A DNA stretch of 20,000 nucleotides from Psammoneis japonica (taxonomy: Eukaryota). The stretch's first letter is position 1, and each line of letters starts with the position of its first letter. Under the pieces are notes generated by a model. That model was not told where the DNA came from, searched no databases, and saw only the letters and a program-made list of their open reading frames with translations. The translations under genes and the position numbers were made by a program. This document shows, one piece after another, positions 1 through 12,424 of the stretch. The stretch lies in NCBI GenBank assembly GCA_008632985.1, contig QPGO01000199.1, positions 113,957 to 133,956 on the forward strand, read 5' to 3'.

Positions 1-269
1 ATCATGCCTTGCCTAAAACTTTAATCTTTGGTTGTGCTGATGCTTCATCTCCTCTCTGCACCTTCTGTCGGTATTCAGCATGGCAACAGCCGACGGGCAA
101 GCAATGGCTCAGGTGCTGAGTACGTTTAATCGCATGGAACGGGTTCGTTTTGAAGCTTTCATGACATCTGAATCTCCGACCCCTCACAAAATTCAACGCG
201 CCGCAAATACTCAACAACTTTTCTCGAAAGACACAACCCGCACAATACATAAGAAAGCAAAGCATCAAT

Positions 270-1451
270 TTGAATCATGGCACCGCAATATTGCAACAAG
301 AGAGTCTCTTTGACGAGGTGGAAATCAGCAATGAAATATTTATGGAGTCAGGAACAGATAATGATGATGTCTTTGCAAATAAGTCTGCTTGCTACTCTGC
401 ACCAGCATCCGAAAACAACGAGACTACATCCTATTGGAGACACCGCAAGTTTCGCATCATCGCCGTCATACTCACCGCCGTCGTGGCGATTGTGATTGGA
501 GTTTTCGTCATTGTAAGGGGTAGTGCCAATCCCAATGCTCTCTTTGTTCCTGTTGATCCACCCGGCAAGGAGAAAGCGGATCGTTGGGATGGCGTTTGCG
601 TGTCGTGAATGCATGCAGTGACGGCGAATGGACGGCTCTGTTTGATGCTTCCCTCAGTGATTGGAACTCAGATCCATCGCTGCAATTGACGCCGATTCGA
701 TCGACACATGATCCGGATTGTCAACCGGAAATGAAACGACTCAAGTTTTCAACGGCAATTATGGAAATACGGTTTGGCAAGGACTCAATACGATTTTGTT
801 GAGACGAGAAGTGATTGTGTGAAGTACGGTACGGCTCAATTATGATCAATCCATGGATAGTGAGCGAAAGTATTATAATGTGAGTGTGCTTGGTTGCCAT
901 CATTTGCAATTTTGGTTTTAGGTGCCACGAATTGGGTCACGGATTTGGTTTGCCACATTCCGACGAAAATCATTTTTGCATTAACTTAAGGGATTTCATG
1001 GATTACACAACCCGGCCCCGTTCCAACAAGCTGCCGGGACAGCACAATTTAAACCCCCTTAAAAAAGCTCCATGGTTCGCCCGACGAGCCACTTGTGTTT
1101 GGTGCGGCTGCCGATGTGAGTGGTACTACTTCTGGAAACTTACGTCCCAATCGAAATGGCAATACTCGATGAATGGAAAGCAATGTGTTAAATGGTGACA
1201 ATTCCACCCGTGTGGACGAGTCCGTGAACAAAAGCACCACCAGCACTATTGTACAAGAATCATCCGAAGAAGAAGAAGAGTCGGATGAAGAATCAAGTGA
1301 CGAGGAGCCTGTTTCAATGGATATATTCAACAAGCGGCACTTGAACAATATCTCTGTGCAAGGAGGATTTTTGTACCGTCTTTTTGGGACGAGATTATCG
1401 AGTCGAAATCAACAAGTTACGATTCTAACTAACACTCGCCTACTAGAGTAG
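270..1451 (+). pseudogene. Disrupted membrane-anchored metzincin-like zinc metalloprotease
   Basis: Acidic N-terminus and a TM helix (RKFRIIAVILTAVVAIVIGVFVIV). Successive frames then give LRVVNACSDGEW...DWN...DPDCQPE, NGNYGNTVWQGLN and CHELGHGFGLPHSDENHF...MDYT (HExxHxxGxxH at 926-958 followed by a Met-turn-like MDY). Frameshifts lie near 590 and 750, there is an in-frame TGA at 820-822, and a putative GTGAGT...TTAG intron at 880-921. Start and end are approximate. Confidence 0.7.
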
Positions 1452-2116
1452 AGAGTTCAATCAACGACGACTCCCTCCAAGTTGAGTGAGAGTTGCTGTT
1501 GCTGGTAGTTGGAGCTGAGGTCGTTGCTACTCTTGCTGCGTTGCTTAATGGTTGGGGCTGTTTCTGGCTGGAGATACGGTACTCTACTCGACAGCAACCG
1601 CAGAGTGTGAGTTGAAACGAATACATTAGACGTGCATTTTGGTTGAAGCCTCGAGATGAATCATCGCTCAATAAAACGGCCAAGGTCAGCCACGACAGTT
1701 GGTAAGCAGGTATTTTCCAACTTCCAACGTAATTGAATGTGCTTCGTCAGAAGGAATGTCAAAGTTCTGTACACGTAGCCTCGCTTTCTCTTACATCCTT
1801 AATATCTGTCGCTTCAATCTATAGAATATTCCCACGCTTCGACAGTTGTTTCGACGCCTCCTTGTGCTGGCCCTCACATCGCTGCTTAAACTCTCTAATT
1901 TCTTACTTAGAAAACTATGAACTAACAGATAAGTAACTAACGGTGTTTAGGTATAGCCGAATTGGGGAACACCATAATAAAATGCTACACGATTCTTACT
2001 GTCTACGGTACCTACAACACGTACATAGCTCTCTCTACCAGTAGAGAGTATTGTTCTTCTAGGTAATCGCGTGACTAGGACATTATACTTTGTCACATAC
2101 CCCTCGCGTCCACTTC

Positions 2117-3260
2117 TTATTGTGCTTCTCCTACGATCACATCATCTTCTTCTTCGATTATATGTGCTCTCATTGCGTCGTCAAAGAATATGCTGACGGC
2201 AAGATCTTTTGACACGTGTCTTTGTTAATAGCTCTCGAGCCAGCCAATGAGGAGGGCTGGGTTCCAACGGGTGCAACATGATATTACGATCCAAAGGATC
2301 GCCCGGAACAACTGCTCAATGGTCAAAAGCAGAATACACCATGGCCTGTCCCTGTGTAAAGCTTCGAATTTAAGTCTCTAGTCCAAAGCAATCAAGGACG
2401 GGAATGAAGCCTTTGACGACATGAAGTGTCGATCCCGCCATTGGTTTGTCTTGCACGACGTGTCCTCTTCGTTTGGTCAGGAGTGGCTGAATAGCGTCCA
2501 CGATTTCACCGGGGCATTGGATTTGCAATCTGTATGGGCTCCATAAGTCGCGGAGTTGCAGTAAGAAGTAACGAATGAACGGTGCGCCTTGAGGTCGGGA
2601 TCATCTGACCACCGCCACGATGAATAGGTTTATCTGCCAAGACTGCGTCTAGAATCTTGATTTTGGTACCTCGGACTGGTTCTTCACACAAAGGACCTTC
2701 CCGTGTTGCCCACTGGAAGCCTTGAACAATGCTGGATCGATACGTGCTCAGCAATGTCTTGTCTACCTCACTCGGCAGCGTATCGTCCATCAGAATGTTG
2801 GTACCGTGAGTGGGCGACGCGCCAAACGCCCATACGGAACGAGAAGAAAGCAAATCCCAATCGTACTGCTTTTGAAAGAATCGCCCGAGCTGAAAGAAAC
2901 GACCAGACACAAGTAGTGTGAGTTGAGTCAAGTAGACAAATCTAATGATCCGCGCAAGGCGCTTACCTTCCTGTTTTCCCAATTCAAATTCACTTTTCCC
3001 GCCTCGATTTTTTCAGCAAGGCCGTCGTCAAGAGGCTCCGCAATAAAGGTGAGCTTACTTCGCTTATTTGCAGTCTGAAGAACACAAAGCGGCGAGTTTG
3101 AGAACTACTGAAATAGGAACACGTGAAACAATTGACACTACTGTACTCGTTTCAACCACAGTCTCGCGGAATCCAACGACAGGGTCGGCGACTTTGACTT
3201 CAATATCCGAGTACACATGGCGAAGATCGTGCATGACACAGTCGATCGTCGTCCCGGCAA
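2117..3260 (-). pseudogene. EFTUD2: 5'-truncated, frameshifted copy of U5 snRNP 116 kDa GTPase (Snu114/EFTUD2), C-terminal part
   Basis: Recognisable motifs: [140 protein letters not shown]. Intact GTAAGC...TTCAG intron at 2966-2890. Frameshift at ~2533, in-frame TAA at 2372-2370, a deletion/frameshift at ~2213 removing RRKGL, and the natural stop at 2119-2117. No GTPase domain upstream. Confidence 0.9.
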
Positions 3261-6200
3261 GGTGCCATCTATTTGTAGACTTGCGAGTAACGATGGCGTG
3301 GTTGGGATGGACCAGCTTCGACGGTATTGCGGATAGTTGTTGGGGATTCACGCCCGGCACCAGCTTTCCGAGCTCGTCTGTAAGTAGGATATGATTATAC
3401 ATGTACAGTCAATGTTTTCCAGAGTCTCGGAAGCCCTTCCAGTGACCCTATACACTAGCAGCGCATTAATGGCGGCACTCTTTCATGCATAAATTGTCGG
3501 TGAAAGTGCCGAGCGCTTCGAATGTGAGGGCTGTGGATCAACGCCTCATGCAGATACCAATAAGCCACAACGAATTATAATAAGGACTGAAAACCTGGAT
3601 CGTGACGAGAGATAGCCGAATCCGTGAGTGAGTGAGTACATTTCTTTTTAAAAAAAAATAGAGAGAGCCATTTTGTAGCAAACGCAAGAACAACGGTAAT
3701 TCTCCAAGAAAGACAAATCCATTGCAGGACAACAACGAAAAGACACACGCGCGTTTCCATACCACTACTTGGAACTTACGAGATGCAATGGATGTGAAAA
3801 ATCAACGGTTCATAGATCACTTCTTGATGATGATTCAGTGTCATTGGATGTGTTTGTCACATTGTCCTTGTATTTGGGCAATGCAATACAAAAGAGAAAT
3901 AGGTCCGAAGTTGGAAGGATGAAAGTAATGAACACAACTGATTGACACAACGTGGCTTCATCCCAATTCAAAGCAAACGGCTTAAGCTCAGCAATCCAAA
4001 AACGCCATGGGAACTCCATTCACTCTAGCAGAGTTTTCGGCGTTTGTCTCTTAAGCTTCAAAACGAAATATTTGTCAAACGAACGCAATCTCGTCTGTAG
4101 GTTTGTGGCTTCTTTCATCCCTCCGGTCCTCCGTGGTGTTTGACTCGGTAAAGGATGTCCGCTGTTGAACGTGAGCTGTGATTGGAATGTTCCAGCGACT
4201 AATGGCCACTAGCTAGAGAGCGCTTCAACCTGCGCTTCAGCTTGGTCGGTGAAAGACGTGCGCGGCATATTCCCTCATTCTCATTCTTTGTGACTTTGGT
4301 GTTGCTGGTAGATGGCACTGCAGCTGTTCCGCCGTGGAATAAGCTGCAAGACAGAACAGCATGATGATGCTTTGTTCCACTGTGGTCGACGCATCAAGAT
4401 TGCACACATCATCAAAGATTTGAAACGCGCGAAAGATCCGCAATCCGCATAACGCGTTGAAGAGTGTTCATCCTCCTGCTGAAGATTCAAACATGACTCT
4501 GCCTCCGACTGGTGTTCTATGCACTGCCCATCCTAAAGGACTTCTTGAGGATGTGCCAGCTTGTGGCCAACAGGACACTTCCCCTTCCGGCAACACTCAC
4601 GGATGCGGGAAAGCTGTTGTGCTTCCTGCTGCATCTGTGACCTGTCCCATGCATTCTCATGGATTTAAGGCATCCAAGCTGGGCCCAGTTGCTGGGTCCA
4701 GTGCATGTGACACTGATGCTGCTGTTGTGTCTCATGTCACAGGTGCGCTCGCTGTGGACACTCGGATGGATCCTACGGATGCTAGTTCCTTGACTGTCAA
4801 GTCCACTGTGTCTGTCATGGAATCTGTTGGCAAGCCATCTGCAGTTGTTGACACTGGATCCCTCGAACTTCCCACCGAATCGGTGGCACTTCCTGCTGAA
4901 GTCCAATCCTGCCTGCTCGAGACCCCAAAGTTTTTTGTTTCTGGCCATTTTGTTGTTCCACACAAAGATGGCCATGTTCGCCCCAGTTGTGGACCATCCT
5001 CTGTTGTCAAGGTTGCACCCGAGTTGCTTGCCACCCACACGCCGCCGTCGTCTGTTGCTCATGGACGCTGCCAGTGCTTTGTTGGTTGTCAAGTTGATTC
5101 AAAATTGGATTTTTGGTTCGGCCGTCGTTGGTTTCGGATGTGCGATGCTGCCGTTCCTTCTCTTGTCCGATCAAGACCAGCGGAAGCGGGGCAACCCTGA
5201 AAGAGGGCCACCGGGTCTCATTGCCTCCCGCCATTTCATCTCTTTCCTCTGTTGTCAGGGCTGTTGTCGCATCCATTTGTGCTTTTCACGGTGCTCCGGA
5301 CCTGTCCACCATTGCCGATGATGATCCCACATTTTTTGATCAGGGAAGGGATTCCCATGGTGCAGAGGAAACATGTCAGGCCATTGAGAACTCAATCTTC
5401 CGCCAAGACACCTTGCTTGACGATCACTTTTTGAACGCCGTGCGATGCTCACCTCCGATGCGTCACTGTTCTTCCAACGTTGAGCAACTTCATGATGTGT
5501 TCTGTTTCTCTAACATGTTTTTCAAGGGCGACACAAAGTGTGGTGGCAGCATTGGTTTGCCAGGTGGGATGCCATTGCTTCATTTTCAACGCATCACTTG
5601 CCATGGTGGATTTCCAATTTTTGGCCCCATCTCTTCCGATGATCTTTGGCAACAGGATGACTCGCCAGAGTGTCCCGTTGCAGTCGATTGTTTGTGGATT
5701 GACAAAATTCTTCTCTGGTGCACGACTCAATTTGTCCAAAAGATTCATTGGGAACTGCCTTTGACATTTTTTGTCAAAGACCGACGCGCTGAGCATGAGA
5801 TGGATGTTTCATTCCCGACATGCTCGTCCCTTGATGGGATGTCATCATTGATTGTTGTCATGTTTGCGGACCAAGTCTTGGCCATTTCTTTTGGTGCTCT
5901 TCTTTGTTCTGCTGTTCTGGCCCTCTCTTTTTGTTTGGATCGTCTCTTTCTTGTTGAGCATTGCATTGCTCATCAGGGGAGGGTGACAGACATCCGAGAT
6001 GGGGAGCACACTCCCTTGTGTCGGACAGACCAGCATGGACAGCATGGAGAGATCCGATGTTCTCTCCTTTGCTCACTTTCTTTCTGATCCAGCACATGAT
6101 CATCATCTGTCCTAGACATCCGTTAGATTGTCCCGATGCCACCAGTCCATAAATTGCAAATGTTCCATGAGACTCTTTGGTTCCTGGTGCCTCTGAAAAA

Positions 6201-6939
6201 TCCACAAAAGATGCCATTTGTGGTCATTTTCATGTTCAAAACTTCTCTGTCAACAAAGAGACGGCATTCCACATCTCCTGCTTGCACCTCTTCCTCCATT
6301 TCTTTTCCTCATTTGGGTGGCCTTGGTGGAGACGTTTGCTGTGTTGCTGCTTCTTGACAGTGGCAACATTGAGACACACAAATCCTTTTGATCAGACCTC
6401 GCCCAGAGAATCAGAGCAAATGATTCACAAAAGGGTTGACAGCAGGCAGCAGGACAGTCACAATGACCAAACAAATGTTTGCAAGACACAAGATGCATCA
6501 TGCACCAGGGTTTCATGAATTTTTGTCAACTGCTTCTTTCTTTTGGCTGGACTTGGACGGGTGTGGCACGTTGCCACTTTGTGATGATGGTTTGCACTGC
6601 TTTGATCCACTTGATTTGGATGAGACAGAAGAAGCCCAACTTTTGCAACCTCCGTGCATTCAGGAAACCAATGCCGCCCCCCATGAAGCTTCATTCCATC
6701 AAGAATGAGTTGGCTGTGATGACAAAGATGTCTCTCCCACCAGCTGCACAAGTCTTTTTTTCTGTCTTGGGCCAAGCATGCCAAGGAGAGTGATTGCAAG
6801 TGCAAGTCTTTGTCCTGCTCTGCCACTTTGCATTGCCATCAACAAAACAGCTGGCTGCTCTTCTCCGCTCAACAAGCAAATGACAGAAGCCATGAAATCC
6901 AACAAATGAAGTCAAACCAATGAGCATGGTCAGGGAGCA

Positions 6940-8530
6940 AAATCTTTGTCTTGGGCAGCAGCAACCCATTGCATGAATCCACTGGAGACACAAAGATTCC
7001 CAGCTGCACAAGGTGTGCAAGCCTGAGGCCCACAGATGTGGCAAAAGAGGTGCGCAGTTGTCTTGGGATGATGCTGGGATGTGTCTTGGGCAGCAGCAGC
7101 CCCTTGCATGACTCAACAAACAGGAAGGAGTTGCACATCTGTGCAAGTCGTGCTGGAAGCATGAGGCCCACAGATGTGGCAGAGGAGGTGTGCAGCTGTC
7201 TTGGGGTGGCCTTGGACAACTCCAACAGGTCCCAAGGGACGCAACAGCAACAATGATTGGATGGCAAAGGCCTTGTCTTGTGTCAACACAGCCCCTTGTT
7301 GCTCTGACATGTGACTGGCTTGCACACCCAGCCACCCCACCCACAGAGACAAGGGAGCTTCCTGTGCTGACAAGAACAATGGCTGGGAAGCAAAGGCCTT
7401 GTCTTGTGTCAATGCACTCCCTTGTCTTTCTGACATGACTGGGTTTGGCCCAGCTCTCCACCTGCAGAGAACACCAGGGAACCATCTGTGTGACAGAGCA
7501 AGTGCACAAACATCCAAGATGACTCCATTGTGTTCCAGAGGACACAACAACAACAACGGCTGGGGAGCAAAGGCCTTGTCTTTTGTCAACACAGCACCTT
7601 GTCTTGCTGAGATGACTGGGCTCCATTGCCCAGTCACCCAACCTGCAGAGAACAGGGAACAATCCAGCATGTGACAGCACAAGTGCCAAGTTGCCTTGGG
7701 ACAGCTTTTGGTGACTCCATTGGGTCCCAAGAGACACAACAGCAACAATGTTTGGGGAGCAAAGGCCTTGTCTTGTGTCAACACAGCACCTTGCCTCTCT
7801 GACATGACTTGGTTTGGCCCAGTCATCACCGCCACACCTGCAGAGACAAGTGAGCCACCTGTGCAACAGTGCAAGTGCTCAGTTGTCTTGGGATGGCTTT
7901 TGATCACTCCATTGGATTCCAGGGGAGCCAACAACAAGAACAACTGGGAAGCAAAGGCCTTGTCTTGTGTCAATGCAGCACCTTCTTGATCTGACAGGAC
8001 TGGGTTTGGCCCACCCAACCAAGCTGGAAAGACAAGGGAGCCATCTGTGTGACAGCGCAAGCACTCAGTTGTCTCAAGGCAGGTGCAAGAAGCTCCATTG
8101 GGAGACACCAGTGGAGGCAGCAACAACAATGGTTGAGAACAGAAAGCCTTGTCTTGGGCTGACACAGCTCCTTTTCTCTCCCATGTGACTGGCTTGTTTT
8201 TTGGCCCACTGGCCACCACAGCACCTGCCTGCAGAGACAAGAGAACCATCTGCACAACCATGGGATGGCATTTCAACAATGAGCAGGAAGCAAAGGCCTT
8301 GTCTTGTGTCAATGCACCCCCTTGTCCCTCTGACATGTCTGGCTTTCACCCAGCTGCTGCACCTGCAAAGACAAGCACTGACAATGGCTGGGAAGGGAGC
8401 GCCTTGTCTTGGGCCAATGCAGCTCCTTTTGTCTCTCTTGATGTGACTGGTTTGCTTTTTGGCCTGGCTGCTGGCTGGCACACCTGCCTGCAGAGACAAG
8501 GGAGCCATCTGCACGACAGTGCAAGTGCTC
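6940..8530. repeat. Degenerate tandem repeat array (units 105-192 bp, core GCAAAGGCCTTGTCTTGTGTCAA), probably a former coding repeat
   Basis: The TGTCTT anchor occurs at 6947, 7082, 7274, 7400, 7577, 7769, 7961, 8150, 8300 and 8405. All spacings are multiples of 3, and ORF 7113..8336(-) repeats LTQDKAFA in a single frame. Confidence 0.85.
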
Positions 8531-8937
8531 AGTTGTTTGAGGTGAAATGATTGGAGTGGGGGTCATGGGCCACAGCATTCTTGGTGGCAGGTGGATGGTG
8601 GATTTGTTGTTGACAGAGGTGGCAGCAGTGGCAGGTTGTCAGCCAGAGTTCTGCAACAGCTCCAGTGTGGCAGAGCCTTCATTTGTCTTGGGGCTCCTTG
8701 TGCTGCACACTTGTGGCTGAGGTGGAGCACCATGACCAAGACTGCTGCCAGCACTGGAATGGTTGGCAGCACACGGATGGCTGCCGCTGCCTCCACAAAG
8801 AGTTTTTTCACATTTTTTTTTTGCGGCCTTGTTGCAACACATCAAAAAGAAAATGTGGTTGTGAGGGCAAGCAGATTGTGAAGATTGAAGCATCGGAACA
8901 TTGAAAAAAGATGGTGTGTGGCAGCAAAACTGTAAAA

Positions 8938-9045
8938 AATTCCATCTCAACAAGAGCACACATGCAAAACCTCATCCAAGTCATCTCAAATCATTTGAAC
9001 CTTCAGAGCTGAATGTGAGCATGAAATTTAAACAAAGTTGTCACT
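8938..9045 (+). repeat. Diverged direct repeat, copy 1 (partner at 16130-16259)
   Basis: TTCCATCT.AACAA...CACAC.TGCAAA...TCAT.CAAGTCAT...ACCTT.AGAG...TGTGAGCATG.AATTT...GTCACT is shared with 16130-16259. Confidence 0.75.
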
Positions 9046-9050
9046 TGGGA

Positions 9051-9269
9051 CGAACAAATCCCGATGCAGTCGCATGAGACAATGTCACACCTTGAGCCTG
9101 AGAGTGGCAGTGACAAACAAAGCAAACCCTGTTCCGATTGTGTTGTGTGAGATTGTGCGGGAAAGAACAACAGCCAAACCGTGCGCGCCAGCCCCGGACC
9201 AGGGGCTGACCGCCCCATCCAGATTTGCTTGGTGGCAGTCACAATGCCGATTCGTCTAAACGCAGAACA
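9051..9269 (-). repeat. 3' LTR of the copia element (outer ~44 bp missing)
   Basis: 9051-9229 aligns without gaps to 15936-16114. On the minus strand it starts TGTTC at 9269, immediately after the purine tract GAGAGGA (putative PPT, 9276-9270). Confidence 0.85.
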
Positions 9270-11984
9270 TCCTCTCAAAGAGAGGCAAACACAAAAACCC
9301 AAATTCAAACCACCAGCTGTGCTGGCTTGGGAGGCCAAGACACGTGGGCGTGAACCGCAGGTGCCTGGCCTTGGCGTTGGGACGCCACCAAAAAATGCAA
9401 GAACAAAGCTTCCAGCACCGCTCGCCTGTCACCAACTTCGTAAACAAATCCGCCAAGTTCGTGTCTGTGTCCTCCTTTCCAAAGCGAATGACACCAGCTG
9501 CTGCCGCCTCACAAACCACATGACAGTTAACGGCATTGTGCTTCTTGTGCAGTGCAGATTCCGGGACACTGACATTCTTCACCATGCCGTGGTCATTGCA
9601 AAATACATTGGCAGGGCCTTCGATCAGTGCTCCAAACATGCGAAGCTTGCAATGCAAAGCAACAGTCAACTCCTTGCAAATTCGCATCGCACAACCAACT
9701 CGCCACCAAACATTGCTGACTCCACTGTGTTCTGCCGCTTGCCAAACCAAATGATCAGAGCATTGTTCACAAATGTCAAGATCCCGCTGTGTGACCTGCG
9801 AGCAATGACATTCCCCGCATGGTCAGCATCAACAAATCCAGACACATTTGCTGGGTTGCCACGGGGCTTGGGCATCCGTGGCAGCAACTCCTCCTCAACG
9901 TCCCCACAGAACTCCATCCAATCTGCAGCAGAATTGAAAACAGATTCATCAATCTCAGGCATCTTCGGATCAGTGACCAACATTCAAATGCTTCTTCATG
10001 TGCGCAAACACGTGATGCAATGCTTCGAGGTGCCCTTTCCTTGGGTTGGCCTGGCACTGAGAGAGAACAGAAACTTCATGCAAGATGTCGACATGCCCCA
10101 ATTCAATTGCCCAGCGACAAATGCCAATCAGCTGCAAATGTCCATCCACCGAATTGGGTCCCAACTCATCTGTCACGTCCAATTCCGGCTTGCACTTGGA
10201 AGGCAATGGATCCTTGGCATTGCTCTTCAAGACTGCGCCATCTCCATCCTCTTCCAACAGACCTTCCACCGTCTTGATCGCCGACTTGATGTGTGATTTC
10301 GGTGAGCTTGCCCAAATGGTGCGCCCATCTTCGGTCTGAACCTTCTTGACATTGGCTCCAAGGCACAACGCCAGTTCTCCTTCGCTCCCAGGTTTGACAG
10401 CAAACGATTCACCTGTGCTCTTGACGATGGACTTTCCTTGATGGGAAATGATTAGAATGTCATCAACACACACGAGTGGCATTTCACAATGCTCGTGCCC
10501 ATCATCGCGAGTTGCTGCACAAATGCACATGTTGGGATCCACCTTCGCAGATTCAAAACCCACACCCCACAAAACCGTTGGTCCTGAACTCTTCAAACCA
10601 TGCAGCGCTCGGGTCACAATTGGCACCTTGCCTTGATGCTCCCCGCATTCCTTGCCACCTTCGAACCAAATCTTTTCCGCGCACGGGGCATTCAAACACG
10701 CGTTCTCCAGGTCGACAGCCATGGCATCCACTCCATTCAAAGCTGCCAATGGAAATCCTGACCACACGCTGTCCCTCGAAATGACACTTGAATGTGTGAT
10801 CTATGATGGTGTCTCTGCAGTGTGACCTCCTGCAACAAATCTGGCCTTCCCAGTGAAATCCATCTTGACGTCAAACACCAAGTGGCAGCTGATCTCCTGA
10901 TGACCTCACAAAGTTGTGCTCTTGCCTTCCCGGACAACTTGAGGGGTTTCAGCTTCGTGTTCGCGCCACGCGACCTTGCGCGCGACCTTGACCTCATTCA
11001 TCTCCTTGTTGGTTGCACGAGCCCAACAGTCTGTCCCCGTTTCCTGGTCAATCTTCAAAGCATCTTCCGCAGACTTGGGCAAATGCGTGCCGAACTTGTG
11101 GGCAGTGTGCCAACATTTCTTCTTAACCTTTGAAATGATCCGATTCCGCTTGCGCAATGCGTGCGCAACCCACCAAGCAAAAGCTGGCTCTTCGGTCAAC
11201 CTGTTCGCAACAGCATGCTCAGCAACTTCAATTGGGTTAGATTCCTTTAGATCCTTGAGCTTCACCCATGACAAGCCACCATCTTTCCATGTGACCAGTG
11301 ACTTCCATCCTTTCGCAGTTGTCTTCTTGTGTTCCTTCCCGTCAGCCACATGGACTGTCCCTTCCTGGGTCGGCATCGCTTTGCCAGTCTTCTCATGGTC
11401 CTGCATCTCCTGCAAGATAGAATGTTGGTTGCCTTCGCTGTCAACTTGAGCAAACATGTTCTCCGCGACTGCATTGGCAGCACACTTGTCCATGGCACCA
11501 TCAGTGCATTCAATCTCACATTCGCGGGTGTCAAACAATGGACTCTGATGTCGGGTCCCAATCGGTCGCCCATCCTGGCCCGTGCTCGTTTTGCTGCGAC
11601 TCCTTGTTGCTCAGCATTGGTTCCAACATCAAACACAAGCTCCATTCCCAGATGTTGGTCGATGGCCTCTTCGTTGTTGTCCTCGGGTCGTTCTCCTGGC
11701 AACAACATGTCCCCGCATTCCTCATCGGTTGGTGTCACACCACCTTCATGCTCCACTCCGGGGTTGCCGTCGATCGCGACATCATCCAAAACAAATGCCG
11801 GTGCTGCTTCATCACCTTGCAAAACGAAGTTCGTGTCATCCAATTGTGTCTCCAGTTGTTTGTTGAATTTGTCGACTTTCACACGAATGTCCGGTTGCAC
11901 CATGTCAGCCTGTGTTGCGTGCTCGACTGAAGTCTTCGAAACTGTCTTCCCGGATTCCGTGACAATCCAATGGCACATGTCTGA

Positions 11985-12424
11985 TGCAACACACAGCTGC
12001 TGATAAGAGTCAATGTATCACGGCGACGTGTTGCAGCATTTAAATGTCACAAAGGGCGTGACAAAAATGACCTTTTGTCTGCATGCATGCTGCATTGTGA
12101 ATTCATGGCGGAGTGGTTCGTCTCGCAACCATCAGGCAGGAGGCCAGGGGTTCGAAACCCTGAGTGGGAGTTGTCTGCAGCAACGTTGATCACTGTCGAA
12201 TGCGCAAAACTCTGTGCAGTTCTGTTTGTTCCTTCGTGCGCACCCACACTGTTCCGCCAAAACCGTGCAGTGTCAGCGCACGTGAGCGCAGGTCGCGTGA
12301 TGCATGGGGAGGAGTGCAATGTGCAGCTGCTGATGAGAGTCAATGTGTCACGGCGACGTGTTGCAGCATTTAAATGTCACAAAGGGCGTGACAAAAACAA
12401 CCTTTTGTCTGCATGCATGCTGCG
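11985..12424 (+). mobile_element. TRIM-like non-autonomous mini LTR element inserted in the copia integrase
   Basis: 110-bp direct repeats at 11985-12094 and 12315-12424 (TG...CA/CG) around a 220-bp interior. A PPT-like GGGGAGGAG (12306-12314) abuts the right repeat. The 4-bp TSD is CTGA (11981-11984) / CCGA (12425-12428). Removing the element restores in-frame GISHKVGS-DMCHWIVTESG. Confidence 0.85.
12106..12162 (+). promoter_or_regulatory. tRNA-like Pol III internal promoter (A box + B box) within the TRIM
   Basis: A box TGGCGGAGTGG (12106-12116) and B box GGTTCGAAACC (12149-12159), 43 nt apart start to start. The B box sits in a T-arm-like hairpin, GGGG-TTCGAAA-CCCT. Confidence 0.55.

Noticed and set aside
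2506..2982. Elongation factor 2 gene
   Set aside because: The motifs [21 protein letters not shown] and VPGDPLD fit the paralogue Snu114 better, and the copy is disrupted.
4457..6087. ORFs 4457..5200 and 5113..6087 as genuine genes
   Set aside because: No recognisable domain, and long ORFs are uninformative in stop-depleted DNA.
7260..8420. Recurring ~23-bp motif resembling a CRISPR array
   Set aside because: The intervening sequences are 80-170 bp and homologous to each other, no cas genes are present, and the context is eukaryotic.
12099..12170. Functional tRNA gene
   Set aside because: A/B boxes and a T-loop are present, but I could not fold convincing acceptor and anticodon stems, and it lies inside a TRIM.
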